Assembly (NCBI GenBank): GCA_964106645.2 | Contig: OZ067041.1 | Reading direction: 5' to 3' (one strand) | Length of the DNA: 64,000 nt | From: Podarcis pityusensis | Lineage: Eukaryota | Position numbers and translations under genes: made by a program | The notes under the pieces: generated by a model | Told to the model about the DNA's origin: nothing | Seen by the model: the letters and a program-made list of their open reading frames with translations, nothing else | The model's database searches: none | Shown: in pieces, positions 1-12,673 of the stretch | How positions within the stretch are numbered: the first letter of the stretch is position 1 | Layout: each line of letters opens with the position of its first letter

Positions 1-123
1 CGCCAGAAGCAGCTTAATCATGACCCGGAAGCTGTATGCCGGCTTCCTCGGCCAATAAAGCGAGATGAGTGCCGCAACCCCAGAGTCGGCCACGACTGGA
101 CTAATGGTCGGGGTCCCTTTACC
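1..123 (+). mobile_element. Sauria SINE (Squam1) 3' part
   Basis: Near-identical to 40275-40420; ggtccctttacc tail. Confidence 0.85.
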
Positions 124-1593
124 ATTTCAAGTGGTGTGACTAAGAGAACATCACAACTCTATCCATAAGCATCTGTGGTGAAGAAAAATGGCAACAGTAA
201 TAATCGAAAAGAAATTCCATGGCAGTGTTTGTGAAAAGGGGCAGTAGCCAAGTCTTGCCAGCTTGGCTCTGTTCCTTCTCTGGATTTAGCAGCTGTAGGA
301 GCCTTTGTTAAGCACACAATGGACGCCAGTATCAGAATACTGTGTTATCTCAGAGTTTTCCAGATGTGCTGTATTACTGTGGGAGTCTGATAAAGGAAGT
401 CTTTGGGAAGAAAGAAATAGCCACAGCAGAAGGGAATACATAATACCATTTCCTAGGACTTTCTTCCATGGTGGGGCCAAAGAGGCTCCCTATCTTTTTT
501 CCAATTGCAGCCCGCTCTTTGAAGCACACAGCAAGGCGATTGTTTTGATTTGAAAACCGCAAAGGTGGGCGAGACGAGGGAATGGTGGGGATGCTTCTGC
601 TTGCCTTTGTGACGAGATGCTTTTAGGTTGCTGCGTTTCGAGATTGAGGTCACTCGTAATTGGATACGTATAGAAAATGCACAAGCTCAGCAGAGCCCTC
701 CCGCATTTGCTCGCCTGCCCATTTGGCAGCTGTCCTACAAAACTGAACGGCTGGAAATTTAAAGCTCCAATTAAACAAAAAGGATCCCACTACACAATTA
801 ACTCTCACCCATACAGCTTTTATCAAAATGGTACCTCTTTGCACCAGGGGAAGCGTCATTTTTTTTAATTTAAAAAAAAAACCAAACACATGTAAAGAAA
901 CAGACACAATTTCCTGGAACAAGGCATTACATTTGCAGGATGATTTAAAAAGGAAAGAAAGAAAATCTAAAAAACTCAAGAGCTTCTGAGTCAAGAGTCA
1001 GTTTCATCAATATGATGAAATCTGTCCAGATCCAATTTCTTTTGTAGATTACACTTGTGTGGCATGCAGGTCAGGTTTGAAGTACACCATTCACCTAACG
1101 TAGGTGGAGAACGTACAGGGGAAAGAATTTGGCCAGAAGGCTTCTGCACTGATCATGTAAGAGCTCCACTTCCTAGAGCTCTGTGACCACAGGGAAAACT
1201 ACTTGAATAAATATATAAGGGATATTGAGAAAGAGTGGAAGGTACCAGCTTGCTCATGAGACCCCTGAGGTCTACAGAAGTCCAATTTGTAAAAAAGCAA
1301 AACCTAAAGCAGAAACCCAACCCCAAAGTAGCCTAAATGAGGACTGAACATATTTAGTAGCAACAGAATGTTGAATGTCAGATGGGAAAGAAAAACGAAA
1401 GTGTTGATTGGGGTGGAATGGTATTCTGCAAGAAGCCATGGCTGGCAGACTAGAATACTCAACAGGAACACTCATCAATTAACAACTGTTCAAGTTATAT
1501 GAGAACTTTGGTTGAAAGAGTGAGGACCAAGTGAGAGGACGCTGAACACTTCACTTGACGCTGCATCTTTTAAGTTTTTTAATCATTAATAGT

Positions 1594-1665
1594 CATGACG
1601 AGGTGAGCTGTCACCCACAAAAGCTTATGCCATAGTGACTTGGTTTGTATTTCATGTGCCACAAA
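1594..1665 (+). mobile_element. Penelope-like element terminal fragment with degenerate hammerhead core
   Basis: aTGACGA-ggtgagctgtcacccac-aAAAgcttatgc...tgccacaa. Confidence 0.45.
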
Positions 1666-2966
1666 ACATCACTGCTTTTGCAGCAACAGATCAACATGGG
1701 GAACTCTGTTAATTCCATAGCTCCACAATAAGCCCAATGTGCAGCTTTCTGCAGCTTATTTCTTACCAATATACAAACAGACGACAAGAAACGTGTGTTA
1801 CGGCAACATTTAGTGTTGTATTTTCAGTGTTTATGGTAACACAGGGAGATTATTTGTCCACAGCATAAAACGGGAGAGGGGGAAACAACCAGAAGGCACA
1901 TATTTCTGTCCTCATACTTTCAGAAAGTCAGTATCAATGCAACATCCACTAAAGTGGCAGAAGACATGAGAATGTACAGTTTTACTGCATTTACTACACT
2001 GAATGCAGGATCCCACCCCACCAACCAGCCGTGGACAAGAACATCTACTACCAAGACGACGTTGAAAAATACCCTTCACATTGCTCCCTCTTTAAACATA
2101 TTACAATACAAAACCAGTAACCACTTAAAAAGGTTAATGCTTCTCCCCTATACAATTTTGCCAACTCCATTAAGCTATGACCTGCATTGCCCTTGCTGTT
2201 ACAGCCTGGATCCCAACTAGGGAAGAGGGAAACACGGCCAACTGTGTCAAGTTCCATGCTGCGTATTGGCAGTTTTGATCAAAAGCCTTCAGGGATTAGA
2301 GCAAATCTAAACTAATTTTCACTCTGAGCCAAATAAGCATTTGATCCCTCAGGTACAAATTAGCCTACCATACCACCTAGGGAGAATAATACCCCAAGGC
2401 ATGCATGTTTATAATCTTGGCTCTCAAAGCTCATTTCATTTCCTTCATTAAGACAATAAAAACTAACGTGAAAAATGTGAACAGAAGCAGGATCACAGGC
2501 TGAAAGCAAATCCATTCTCTTTTCTGATGAAGCCGAGACAATGATACCTGGGGATACATTTGATTTGCCTATATGCGAGAGGGGAACAGTATAATCCTCC
2601 TAACCAACCCTTCTTGTTAGTTAACTAGAGATCAGTTCAATCCCAGGTGGCATCCTGTATCCTGAGGATATGAGCATTATCAGGTTTTTAAAGCAAGTGG
2701 ATTTAGAAAACGCGCAGCCAGCTGGCCTGCAAACCTAAAGTTTATTGTTTCTTCTCCATTCACAACAAAGAGCGGCTGCCTCCTTAGCTATCCAAGGAGA
2801 CTTATTTGAAGATTTCATTTACGTAGTTTTTCTACTGAGGTGCTTAAGGTGCTTTAAAAAAAATCCCTAAATTTATTTTAAGAAAGATTTGCAAACTGAA
2901 CAAAAAACCCTGCAGACAACCGTTAATTTGATCAAACTCAGAAAAACTGATACTGCTTCTACGGCA

Positions 2967-2972
2967 TTTATT
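2967..2972 (-). terminator. Candidate MTMR6 poly(A) signal (AATAAA, ~1.1 kb 3'UTR)
   Basis: AATAAA on minus strand followed ~20 nt later by U/GU-rich cagtttttctgagtttg; more distal sites possible (AATAAA 2741-2746, variant hexamers ~1810-1835). Confidence 0.5.
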
Positions 2973-4083
2973 TTGTTTGATTAGCTTACAATATCTAATT
3001 CTTTCAAAAACTCTGAAACCTCACTGATCTGAAAGAAATACACACAAAAAATTAGAACCACATTTGCTTTCATTGAGATGAACACTCATCCATCCCACAC
3101 AAATGTTTTGGCTCTTTGTAGGAATACACACAATTACATAAATGTAAAGACAGTTGTGTTGGCACATAAAAGGCAAGTTTTAAATGCACATTGGGCCAGT
3201 GGCTTTTATTTGGCCAATCAGAATGTTCCAAAATGTTACGTAAAGCTTTCAAGTTCTCCAGTACTTCTCCAGAACTTGAAAGTGCTCTTGAGAACTCAAA
3301 GGCCTGCATGCTATATTGTGACACTTTTGATGGCATAATAAATGCATTGTCCTTACATGGATTTTGGAACGTAACTATAAGGTTTGTAGCTAGATTTCTG
3401 CAGAAGATTCACAGCCCTTAGGGGTGCAGTTTTAATCAGTTTTAACCAGTTTTCCTGATTTTTGTAAAAGGACATTTCAAGAGGCAGGGGAGATCTGGAA
3501 TTCCAGAGTTACGAATGCAAACTTAGACCCTGCTGAGTGCCTCTCTCATGTATCTCCAAACATCATGCTATGAACTTGGGATGATAAGTTTCCATCTTTT
3601 GCATGTGATATACAGTACTTTCAATGGCAACATGAAACATCAAAATTAGCAACAGGCAACAGATTAAATAGGAGTACACATACACAGTACATTCTATCTA
3701 TATACATATACTTTCAGCGGCCCCGGTAAGTATTCTGTTGTGTCCTAGAAGTAGATCTTCAAAGCCCATTAAACCATTTGGCAATTGATATATTAAATAA
3801 CATTCCAAGTTATCTAGTGCAAACTAAAGTTTGTTATCCTCTAGACACGTACAACAACTTCCATTCCTCATTTCTTTAAGCCAAAAAAAGTTTTTACTAA
3901 ATTCTCCACATTCCTTTCGGTATTGTTAAATTCAGTTACTTCTCACAAGAACAGCATTTCTCCTTAGCAACTCGTGTGCCATGCTAGTCTACATCAATGA
4001 GGCTCTCCTTTACACAAATCCGGTTTTTGGTCACGCTCCATAAGACCAGTCTCACAATGCGCCGTCAGTACTCTGTGTGACAT

Positions 4084-4338
4084 TTAACACGTCATTTTTG
4101 CCACTCCATACTCCAGACTGACAACACCAGGCTCTGTCTTGGAGAGCTCTTCCATATACTCGCTGTACCGATTGTCTGCTGCGTTGGAGCCCTCTATTGT
4201 TCGAATACAGTCATTCCCATGTAGAAGAGGCTGCTGTTTCTTAAAGCACTGGGATGTCTTAAGAACTGGTGACACAGGCCGCAAAGGTTCCTTGGTGAAG
4301 GCCGCATCCAGCTCCTTGTTTACACGGTGACCTAATTT
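4084..4338 (-). CDS. MTMR6: MTMR6 last coding exon (KLGHRV...SLEYGVAKMTC*)
   Basis: ttttaatcccag acceptor, 255 nt to TAA, C-terminus like vertebrate MTMR6. Confidence 0.93.
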   Translation of the reverse strand, partial: KLGHRVNKELDAAFTKEPLRPVSPVLKTSQCFKKQQPLLHGNDCIRTIEGSNAADNRYSEYMEELSKTEPGVVSLEYGVAKMTC

Positions 4339-4650
4339 CTGGGATTAAAAGGAGTATTTCAGAGTAGGCTCCATTTTCCCTTTGCGACCGTTTGGAGCCT
4401 GAGAAACTGTTGTTCACATCCAGCCCCCAACCTACCGAACTCCTCACTTTCCCTATCAACATATGAAACTACCTTACACAGAGTCCAACCATTCCTTCCT
4501 TCAGTTCAGTACCATCTTCTATGATGGCAGTGGAGCTCCAGACTCATCTAGAGGTCCTTCCTAGCTAGCGACTACAGTTCATTTTAACTGGGGATCCCAT
4601 GGACTGAAGCTGGGGCCTTCTGGGAAACACTGCCAATGCACTCAACTTCT

Positions 4651-4653
<3 letters not shown>

Positions 4654-4718
<65 letters not shown>
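4654..4718. repeat. Compound (CT)n(CA)n microsatellite
   Basis: Directly visible. Confidence 0.97.
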
Positions 4719-4719
<1 letters not shown>

Positions 4720-5229
4720 GCAGCTTTGTTACTCCCCACTATCAGTGGCACCGCTTGCTTCCTTATAGTATCAGGTCCTTCATACTTTCTGTACCCTCTG
4801 CTGTTCCTGAACAGCTGTAGTACATGCACTAAGGCAGGAATTGGGATGGGGAGCCTATTAACAAGGTCAGCCCAAGAGACCTACAAACAAACAAGACTCA
4901 CAACTTGGATAGCAAGTTACACTATACAAAGGACTGGTATTTATGGTATGGGGATGAAAAGCTGACACTCAAGAGCATCTTCTAAGTCTCCCTGTGGTGC
5001 AAACTGCTCTCTGACATGTTCCAGTCCATCTCTGTTTGCGTATTATCAAATGGCCCAGCAGGTGGAGTGCCATCTTTCTCTTGCCAGTTGCAAAAATAAT
5101 CTTCACAAAAGCAACAGAAAGAGACCATCATTTGAAAAAGCATCCGATGGGATGCGGTTATGACCTTTTAGGAGCAAAGCAGGCCTGTGTCGGACCTCTC
5201 AAGACAAAACAGTTATTGGAAATACTCAC

Positions 5230-5356
5230 AGCTTCCAGTTCCTTAATGTCTTTCTCCAGCAGTTTATTTTGCTCACTCATGCTCATGACCTGACTGACTA
5301 CGGATTGCCGGGGATGCATGGTGTGATCAAACTGATGATACATGTTCCTCCAGAAC
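5230..5356 (-). CDS. MTMR6: MTMR6 exon 13 (FWRNMYHQFD...KDIKELEA; coiled coil)
   Basis: 127 nt, cag acceptor and gtgagt donor. Confidence 0.94.
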
Positions 5357-5450
5357 CTGCACGTGCCAATCGCAATAGTATTTTAATACACCATTCTGGC
5401 AGCTAGAACATTATTATTATTGTTATTCTTTAAACATCATTGAAACTTAC

Positions 5451-5585
5451 TTAAAATTAAATGATACTGTGTCAGGCTCCAGAATTGTGAGTGACTGAGA
5501 AAAATTCTCATTATAGATGGGGTTTAGGTACTTCTTGCATTCATCCAGAAGGAAAGGCCACAGTGAATACGTCTTCTCTTTCAAT
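5451..5585 (-). CDS. MTMR6: MTMR6 exon 12 (LKEKTYSLWPF...VSFNFK)
   Basis: 135 nt, aag acceptor and gtaagt donor. Confidence 0.94.
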
Positions 5586-6319
5586 CTTGAAGGGAAGAAG
5601 AACTTGAGTGAATCGCAGTCAGGGCCTGAACAACGCTAACGCCATATTTCAGTGGCAAAGCTATCCATGCAGTGGAGATATTAGGACAACCTTCCCCAAC
5701 CTAGCAGACTCAGGATGCTTTGGACTGCAACTTCCACCAGCTCTAGCGATGATGGGAGTTGTAGTCCAACAACTGGAGGAAACCAGGTTAGGAAAGGCTG
5801 ATCTATGGCCAGAAAGCAATCACTGGGGGTGAGGTGGGGAGGGAATGGAAACAGAACTGGATTGTGCCTGCAGTATTTTGGGGTGAGTCTTTCCCTCCCC
5901 CTCCCCTCCCCTCCCCCAATGCTGTTTCTTTACTTTAAAGTGGGGGTCGGGGTAGAAGGTGATATAGGGTGGTGATTAACCAAGCTTTAATCAGAGTTGG
6001 ACTTAATGGATTATCACTACAGATATATATCATTTTATCTGACGATGGGAAACTGCAGTCCAGGGTGTGTGGAATTTAAAACAGTGAAATGGCATGCTGA
6101 GGGAGTGGGTTATATTTCTAAACCAGAGGGAGAACAATTCTCCCATAAACCTTTCTCTCTCTCTTGAAAGCGATTATATTCTCGAGAAGATTTTCAAGGA
6201 TTCATGTTTTAAGGAGTGCAAAAGATCTAATGTTTTTGCAATGCTGGGTTCCCCACCATCACACACCAGAAAGGTGATTCTAAGCCCTAGCAGTTAAGAG
6301 AGCTAATATGAAGCCTTAC

Positions 6320-6520
6320 CTGAGCTCTTCTCGTTCTTTCTGGCAGTTCCCAATGAAGTTTCCGAACTGGCAGGAATGGACGTGTTCATGGATCTGAAGT
6401 AGAAAAGCCTCATTGAACTCAAAGGCTTGTGGAAACTGCTCCGTCAGGTGCCAGACGCTTTCTAAAAACTGAGCGAACACGGGAGAGATTTCCTTTGGGT
6501 CTCCATCCAGCTGACCGCAT
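6320..6520 (-). CDS. MTMR6: MTMR6 exon 11 (CGQLDGDPKEISPVF...CQKEREELR)
   Basis: 201 nt, SID region QFPQAFEFNE. Confidence 0.96.
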
Positions 6521-8115
6521 CTATAAAATACATTCCACATTAAAAGAGGCCAGCCAGTTAGTTTTTATTGTTCGACTGCGGGTCACAACAGATAACGAAG
6601 GGCAACGTAAAATAGTAATCACAACCATCTAGAATATTTACAACAGCAATAAAACCTAATGGGGCAGTCAGACAGACAGAATGGAACTCCCCCCCTCCCT
6701 TCATACTGTATGAAGATAATCAGCAGAACAGATCCAGTAAGCAGCATGCAACAACTTCTACATTTCATTTTCATTAAAATAAAACCAGCTGCTGCAAAAG
6801 CACTTCAGGATAAATATGTGGGGGAAGTGGTGGACAAAACCCACCCTGGGTAGTCACAAAAATTCAATGCACCAACATAACCTCCTCCTCCTCCTTTTGT
6901 AGGTTCAGTTGGGCATTATCTATGTTTTCAGGATATGCTAAAAACCTTTCTGCGCACCCAAGTATTTGCAGAGTAGAGAAACTTGTCATATATTTACTGG
7001 TCTCTGTGGAAGCTGTGGAATTATATTTTGTATTGTTTTATTAGCCATCATATGCTTTTTATTCTTCTGTGTATTGCTTTAGGATTTTTTAAAAAAAGAA
7101 CTAAAAGCAGTTTATTAGTATAATAAATATATGGGGTTGAATCCTACTAAGTTCTACTCAAAGTAGACCCACCGATCTGAATGGTCTTGGCTCATTTTAG
7201 GTCTGCTAATATCAAGGGGTCTACTCCAAGAAGTTGGGTTCAACCTATGATAATGCTTAGTGGACACGAAGAAAACAAAATTACCAAATGTGATCTAAAG
7301 GGGATTTTTTGACTTTTAGGAGCACATCTCCATTGCTCTTTGGAAGTCCCACCTTGTTTCCAAGCCAGTTTGTTGTGCAGCAGAGATATGGTGGAGGTGG
7401 AACAGGCTGCTATTTGAAAAACACAAGCTCAAAGCCTGCTTTGGGATGTGGAAGTAGGGATGCAGTTTTTTGGACCCCGCCCTACCCAAGTTACTGCTAT
7501 GTTGCTCTGAAAGGCACAGGCCAAGTCACATAAAAACCACAAATAAAATGGGGCACACACACACACGAAGATGAGCTCTCAACTGGTATTTCAAGCTTAG
7601 GTCAGGTTTCTAGATGCCAATGGCTTACCCTGGACCAGTTAAAAATGTCTGACATGCATGTACAAGCATATGTACGTGCATAAGAAAATGACACATTTTT
7701 TTCAGAGGGACAGAAAGACAGTAAGTATAGGAGCATGACTTATAGCTCATCCTGGAGGGGCTACCAAGTCTAAGTTAACTGGTGACAACACAAAGCTCAG
7801 GGTAGATGCTAAAAGCCAGGAGCCGTCTCTGCAAGGCAAAAGGGAACACAGCTTTCCTCAGGGTCTTGGGTTGGGAAGTAGGGCATCCAAGACCAGGGCC
7901 TGGCTGGACTGGGGCTGATATCCAGAAAAAGTCATCTGAGGAGTGTCCCAGCTCAGGAGGGGTTCCAAAAACAGAGCAAATGCATCTTCTGGACTAAACG
8001 TATATAGGTCCCTTATAAGATTATGAGATCCATGTAAGCATATGAATTGAATAGTAACACAATGAGTTACATAATTAATTCAAACGTACAGCATCTTTGT
8101 AGCAAAACACCCTAC

Positions 8116-8165
8116 CTGTCTGAAAATTTGTGCCCGAACGCAATCCAGTCTTTTTCTATCAAAAC
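8116..8165 (-). CDS. MTMR6: MTMR6 exon 10 (VLIEKDWIAFGHKFSDR)
   Basis: 50 nt, FGHKF motif, tag acceptor and gtagg donor. Confidence 0.95.
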
Positions 8166-8791
8166 CTAGAAGAAAACAAGGCATCAGCTTTTCATCTGTT
8201 TTTATGCTGCGGATCTAAGTTTGGATTATATTACCCAGGTAAAAGTTCTTGGTTTTGATGAATTAAACCCAAAATATCAGAGCAGTACCCAAAATAATCC
8301 TAAACTCAAATATATACATTAGATTTAAGTCTCATGTCAGAGTAATTTTAAAAAATCGAACTGATTCAACTGGTGTGTTTACTACTTAAAATTAGTCCTG
8401 TAAACAAAAGAGGCTTCTCCCCCAACCTCATGCGCTTCAGATAGCCTTGCCACAGTGCATTGGTAATCTCAAAATTAAGACTACTATAATGTGTTGTTAT
8501 GAGGGGCTACCCTTGTGCATGGGTCAGAAGCTGCAGCTAGCATAGCATGCAGCTGCTAAGTTATTTGGTGGGACAACCCAACACCGCAGATATTCACACC
8601 AGTGTTGAATGTTAATGATGTACCTTTATAGGATAAAGATCCCCCCCCCCAATGTTTATTATGACATACTTAGGATATTAAGTGCCATTTAAAAATGGTA
8701 TATAGGAAGTAAAACAAGAGCAATTGCACCAAAGTAACTCGGTTGTACCATGTGCCAACTGAAAGCAACTCATTGTGCCCCAAGTACGCAC

Positions 8792-8917
8792 CATAAAGCC
8801 TTTCATTGTTCTATAAAAGGGATCCAACAACAGAGATCCCAGAGAACACACTTGAGACGTCCGGTCCCAGCCGTCGGAGCAATGCACTAGCACACTTGCA
8901 CTCTCCAAAGCTATGGC
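8792..8917 (-). CDS. MTMR6: MTMR6 exon 9, catalytic CX5R motif VHCSDGWDRT
   Basis: 126 nt, intact active-myotubularin signature. Confidence 0.98.
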
Positions 8918-9874
8918 CTGTGAAAAAGACAAGAAGATTGACTGATGCTTGTGCACTTGTATCTCAAGGAAAACAAACACAGCTTTGAATAATAATAATT
9001 ATTATTATTTATTATCTATTCCCCAGCCACTCTGGGAAGCTTCCAACAAAATATTAAAATACAGTAATGCACCAAACATTAAAAGCTTCCCTAAACATTC
9101 CGATGAGTAAAGCGGCTAGCAAATCACAACAAACGGCAGCAATAATTTGATTCAAATATACAGCCTGCTGCTGCACTCAGGCACCATGCTACAGCGAGCT
9201 ATCTCCTCACTTGGAACTGCCCTAACAGGGAAACAGGTGATTGTGCATCGATACCTGACAGTCTGGGGAGTGGGAGGCATAAGTTACTCAGTCCACACTC
9301 TTTTCCTTCCAAATGCCAAAAGGCAATTGGAACGTCTGAAGTTGACAATACTGACCAAGTTACCCTAAGAACACAGAAAGCTGCCCTAAGCCGGGAGTAA
9401 CTATCTAGACCAGCGATGGGGAACCTGTAGTCCTCCAGAAGTTCCAGAACTACAACTCCTGTAATTCCTGATCACTGGCTGTGCCGGCTGGGGCTGAAGG
9501 GAGTTGGAATTCAGGATCAAGCAGAGGCCTTTTACATCATTTGCTATCTGATCTTTCTTTTGAAAAACAAAAACTGGGATCTTCCACATGCAAAGCTTCT
9601 GCTCTACTCTTGAGCTAAGAACCCGCACCACGTGCAGGTGGAGGGACTCTATGAACTGAGTAGCCAATTGCAGCACCTTCTTAAATACAGCCAACTGGAT
9701 CTGGGAGCATTCCACCCTCCTTTACTAAGTTAGAAAGGAAATTGGGTGTTGTTGGGGTAGTGCCCCTGAGCATTTATCCTGGAATGTAACTAAGCTTGCG
9801 GAATGCAGGCTGAACCTGCTGGTGTACTATTATGGGCATGAACCACTGGCCACAAGTTGAAGAAAGCAAATTAC

Positions 9875-9984
9875 TTTGGCTAAGAAGATAGCAGCATCCA
9901 ACACGGCTTTGATGTGTCGCAGCCATCCGCAGCTCTCCAAACCAGACAGAAAATCATTGACCGACAGGCCCCTTGTCCCACAGA
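9875..9984 (-). CDS. MTMR6: MTMR6 exon 8 (VCGTRGLSV...GWLRHIKAVLDAAIFLAK)
   Basis: 110 nt, AG/GT boundaries. Confidence 0.96.
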
Positions 9985-10475
9985 CTGAAATAGAAAGATA
10001 CTCGGTCGTTAAATTCAAACAGCAGCACTTTCCTCTGTAGGGAAGCAACTGAAGCTTACTTTCACTTTTGAACAAATCAATTCCTAGGCTTGATATGAAC
10101 AACCTTTTCTTCCCAGAGTTTCATCTGCATCCCATGGGGGCTGTGCAAGAGAGGATGCTGAACTACGCGTGTTGTTGAAAGCTTGAAAATGTTCCATGAA
10201 ACAAAAAAAGAGGGACCTGAAATTGATGTGCATTCCAGATATTTTTTTCATAAGATTTATATTCCGCTTTAGAGTAGAAAAAACTCAAAGCGGTTTACAA
10301 AAAAAGAAAGATAGAAACCAATGTATTAACCCTTCGGTACATAAGGGATACTGTATTTATTACTTCAAGCAATAAGCTGTTTGGTATGGCTATGTAGGGG
10401 TGGAGAAGGCTCTACAAGAGTCTATTTTGTAATTATCAAGTGCTTTCTACCAATTAGAAGCAAATTTATACATAC

Positions 10476-10608
10476 CTTCCAAAAGTTTCTGCAGGCTTGA
10501 TCTCATTACATGGATGTTTTCGATACCAACAAACTGGAATCTAATATTAGAATAGTTGTCTTCATTCTCATAGCCTTTACCTGCTGCTCTGTTGGCCAGT
10601 GCATTCAG
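10476..10608 (-). CDS. MTMR6: MTMR6 exon 7 (LNALANRAAGKGYE...NIHVMRSSLQKLLE)
   Basis: 133 nt, NIHVMR motif, aag acceptor and gtatg donor. Confidence 0.96.
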
Positions 10609-11089
10609 CTTGAAGAAAAAGGAGGTAAAGCAGTTAAAATGTGTGGGAACTCCCATCTGATAAATATTAGGAACGTTATGATTGCTCAGGTTTCCAGATC
10701 TATAGGACGGGGTTTTTTCCTCCCTTCATGACCTCCTACTTTCTAAGCCAAACCATTAATCACGTAGGATATGAAGTATCAGAAAGCATCCTACTCACTT
10801 GGTAACCCCCCACAATTTGTCCTGACCCCTGAATAGCAGCTTCCAGTAGCATAATCACAATATGCTATGTGGCATGGAAAGCTGCTATTTTGAGAAGCAT
10901 CAGTACAAAGCCCTCTGGAGGTATTCAATCAGTTGCATTGTTCATTGGATCCTGGCCAGGGGCCTGAGTCAGGTAAGCAACTCCTCCAAAATCGGGGGCG
11001 GGGGGGAATTAGTCCATGAGTACAAACAGCCAGTCCAATGATGATGAGGGATCCAGTAATCAAGTCCTATAAGGAAGGAGCCAAGTATG

Positions 11090-11410
11090 CTTTAGCTTGA
11101 AGAAGAGACTGTTATCTGCAAACATCTGAAGGGCCGTCTCACACACAGATGGTAGACCAAATTTATTCTCTGTTGCTCCAGAGGGTGGAACCCAGAAGAA
11201 CTCATGAAGACAAAGGACACAACCTAAACATTAAGAACCACCTCCTGATGGAAAGAGCTGCTCAACAGTGGAACAGACTGCCTGGGAAGGCGTTGGGTTC
11301 TTCTTCATTAGAGGCAGAGTGACTAGCTAATAGGGATGCTGCAGTAATCAACTTCCTGCATCATTAGGGAATTGGACTAGGCAACCCTTAAGGCCCTTTC
11401 CATTTCCAAT
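11090..11410 (+). mobile_element. CR1 LINE 3' fragment
   Basis: cagtggaacagactgcct..., ttggactag...ggccctttcca tail. Confidence 0.6.
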
Positions 11411-11576
11411 TCATCCCATTGCCACTCTCAGGTTGTTCACCAAACTGGGTCCTAACAGAAACAGCAACCTAACGATATGGTGCAGTCAAGGAGCAGTAAT
11501 TGCACATCACCCCTTCCCATCTCTAAACTACAGCATTATATCACATGGGAAACCAGCTACAGGGAATGGTACCTAC

Positions 11577-11711
11577 TTTAGGCCTGGTGTCCACAACATA
11601 CATATAGCAATTATTAGGATTGGCTTTGCTGATTGCTTGCAACATGTGCTCATCCTCCAGACACCTGGCACTGAATCCCGAGAGAGGCTGACTACATCTG
11701 CAAATGGCAGC
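11577..11711 (-). CDS. MTMR6: MTMR6 exon 6 (AAICRCSQPLSG...VDTRPK)
   Basis: 135 nt, RCSQPL and DTRP myotubularin motifs. Confidence 0.96.
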
Positions 11712-12544
11712 CTAGTTAGAAGATGGAGGGACAAATATAAAGATAAGATAATGAAAGGTCTATATGAGCACTTTAGAGGACATGAACAGTGGTCTGAATT
11801 TTAAGTACAGTTCTTAGTTCTCTGGTAGCTGCAAGAAGGGAAGATGAAAGCCAGAAGCATGATGCATGGGACTCTGAAGATGCAAAACCTCCAGAAGGAA
11901 ACTTGAAAGCCAAAATGTTTCAGAGTTCATGGTTTCCTCTGTTATAGGCAGAGACGGTTTGCCCAAATTTTAGTGATAAAGCTGGAGATATAAGGTGGCA
12001 GACACAAAATTAGTTTCTATAAGAGAGACAAGACACATTTGCGTTATGCACAATCAACTCAGAGCATTTTTCAATGCCCAAACCACATTAGTTTGTTTTC
12101 TTGGTGCCATGCATGCTATTATTAGTTCTAGTTTCAACTTCCCCACATCCCCATAAACGGGAAGCAAAAACTTGAATCTTTAAGTCCTGAATTTTCAAAC
12201 CAGTGTGAATAATTGCAACACAAGACAAGTTGTAAAGGTTCTACTTCCGGAACTCTTGACAAAATCAACATATAGAGACAGATATCTGTGGTGCAACCAT
12301 AACCATGTCTAATCAGAAGTTAAGTCCTAATGAAGTCAATGGGACTTGCTCCCAAGTAAGTGGGGCTAGAATTGCAGCCCTAGTGAAGAGGGGCCTACCC
12401 CAATGTTACATTCTACTAACAGCCCTTTTTTGATGGGCCGCAACAGATCTATGAATCTGGGTTACTGTACTTACCCTTCTTGTCTTTTCCTGTGATGGAA
12501 AATAGCCTTTAGCCCATTTCCCCTGAATGGAAATCAGACTATAC

Positions 12545-12673
12545 CTCATTATCTTTATGATAATATGACAGCACAGGAAACCTTCCTTTACTTCGGAACT
12601 TAGAACTGCCAACAATGATGGGCTTGCTTGCACTCCTGGGAACATAGAGGTCTCTGGGATATGTTTCACAGAT
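12545..12673 (-). CDS. MTMR6: MTMR6 exon 5 (ICETYPRDLYVP...YYHKDNE)
   Basis: 129 nt, myotubularin FRSKGRFPVLSY motif. Confidence 0.96.

Noticed and set aside
286-562. Short minus-strand ORFs downstream of MTMR6
   Set aside because: No recognisable product or exon structure
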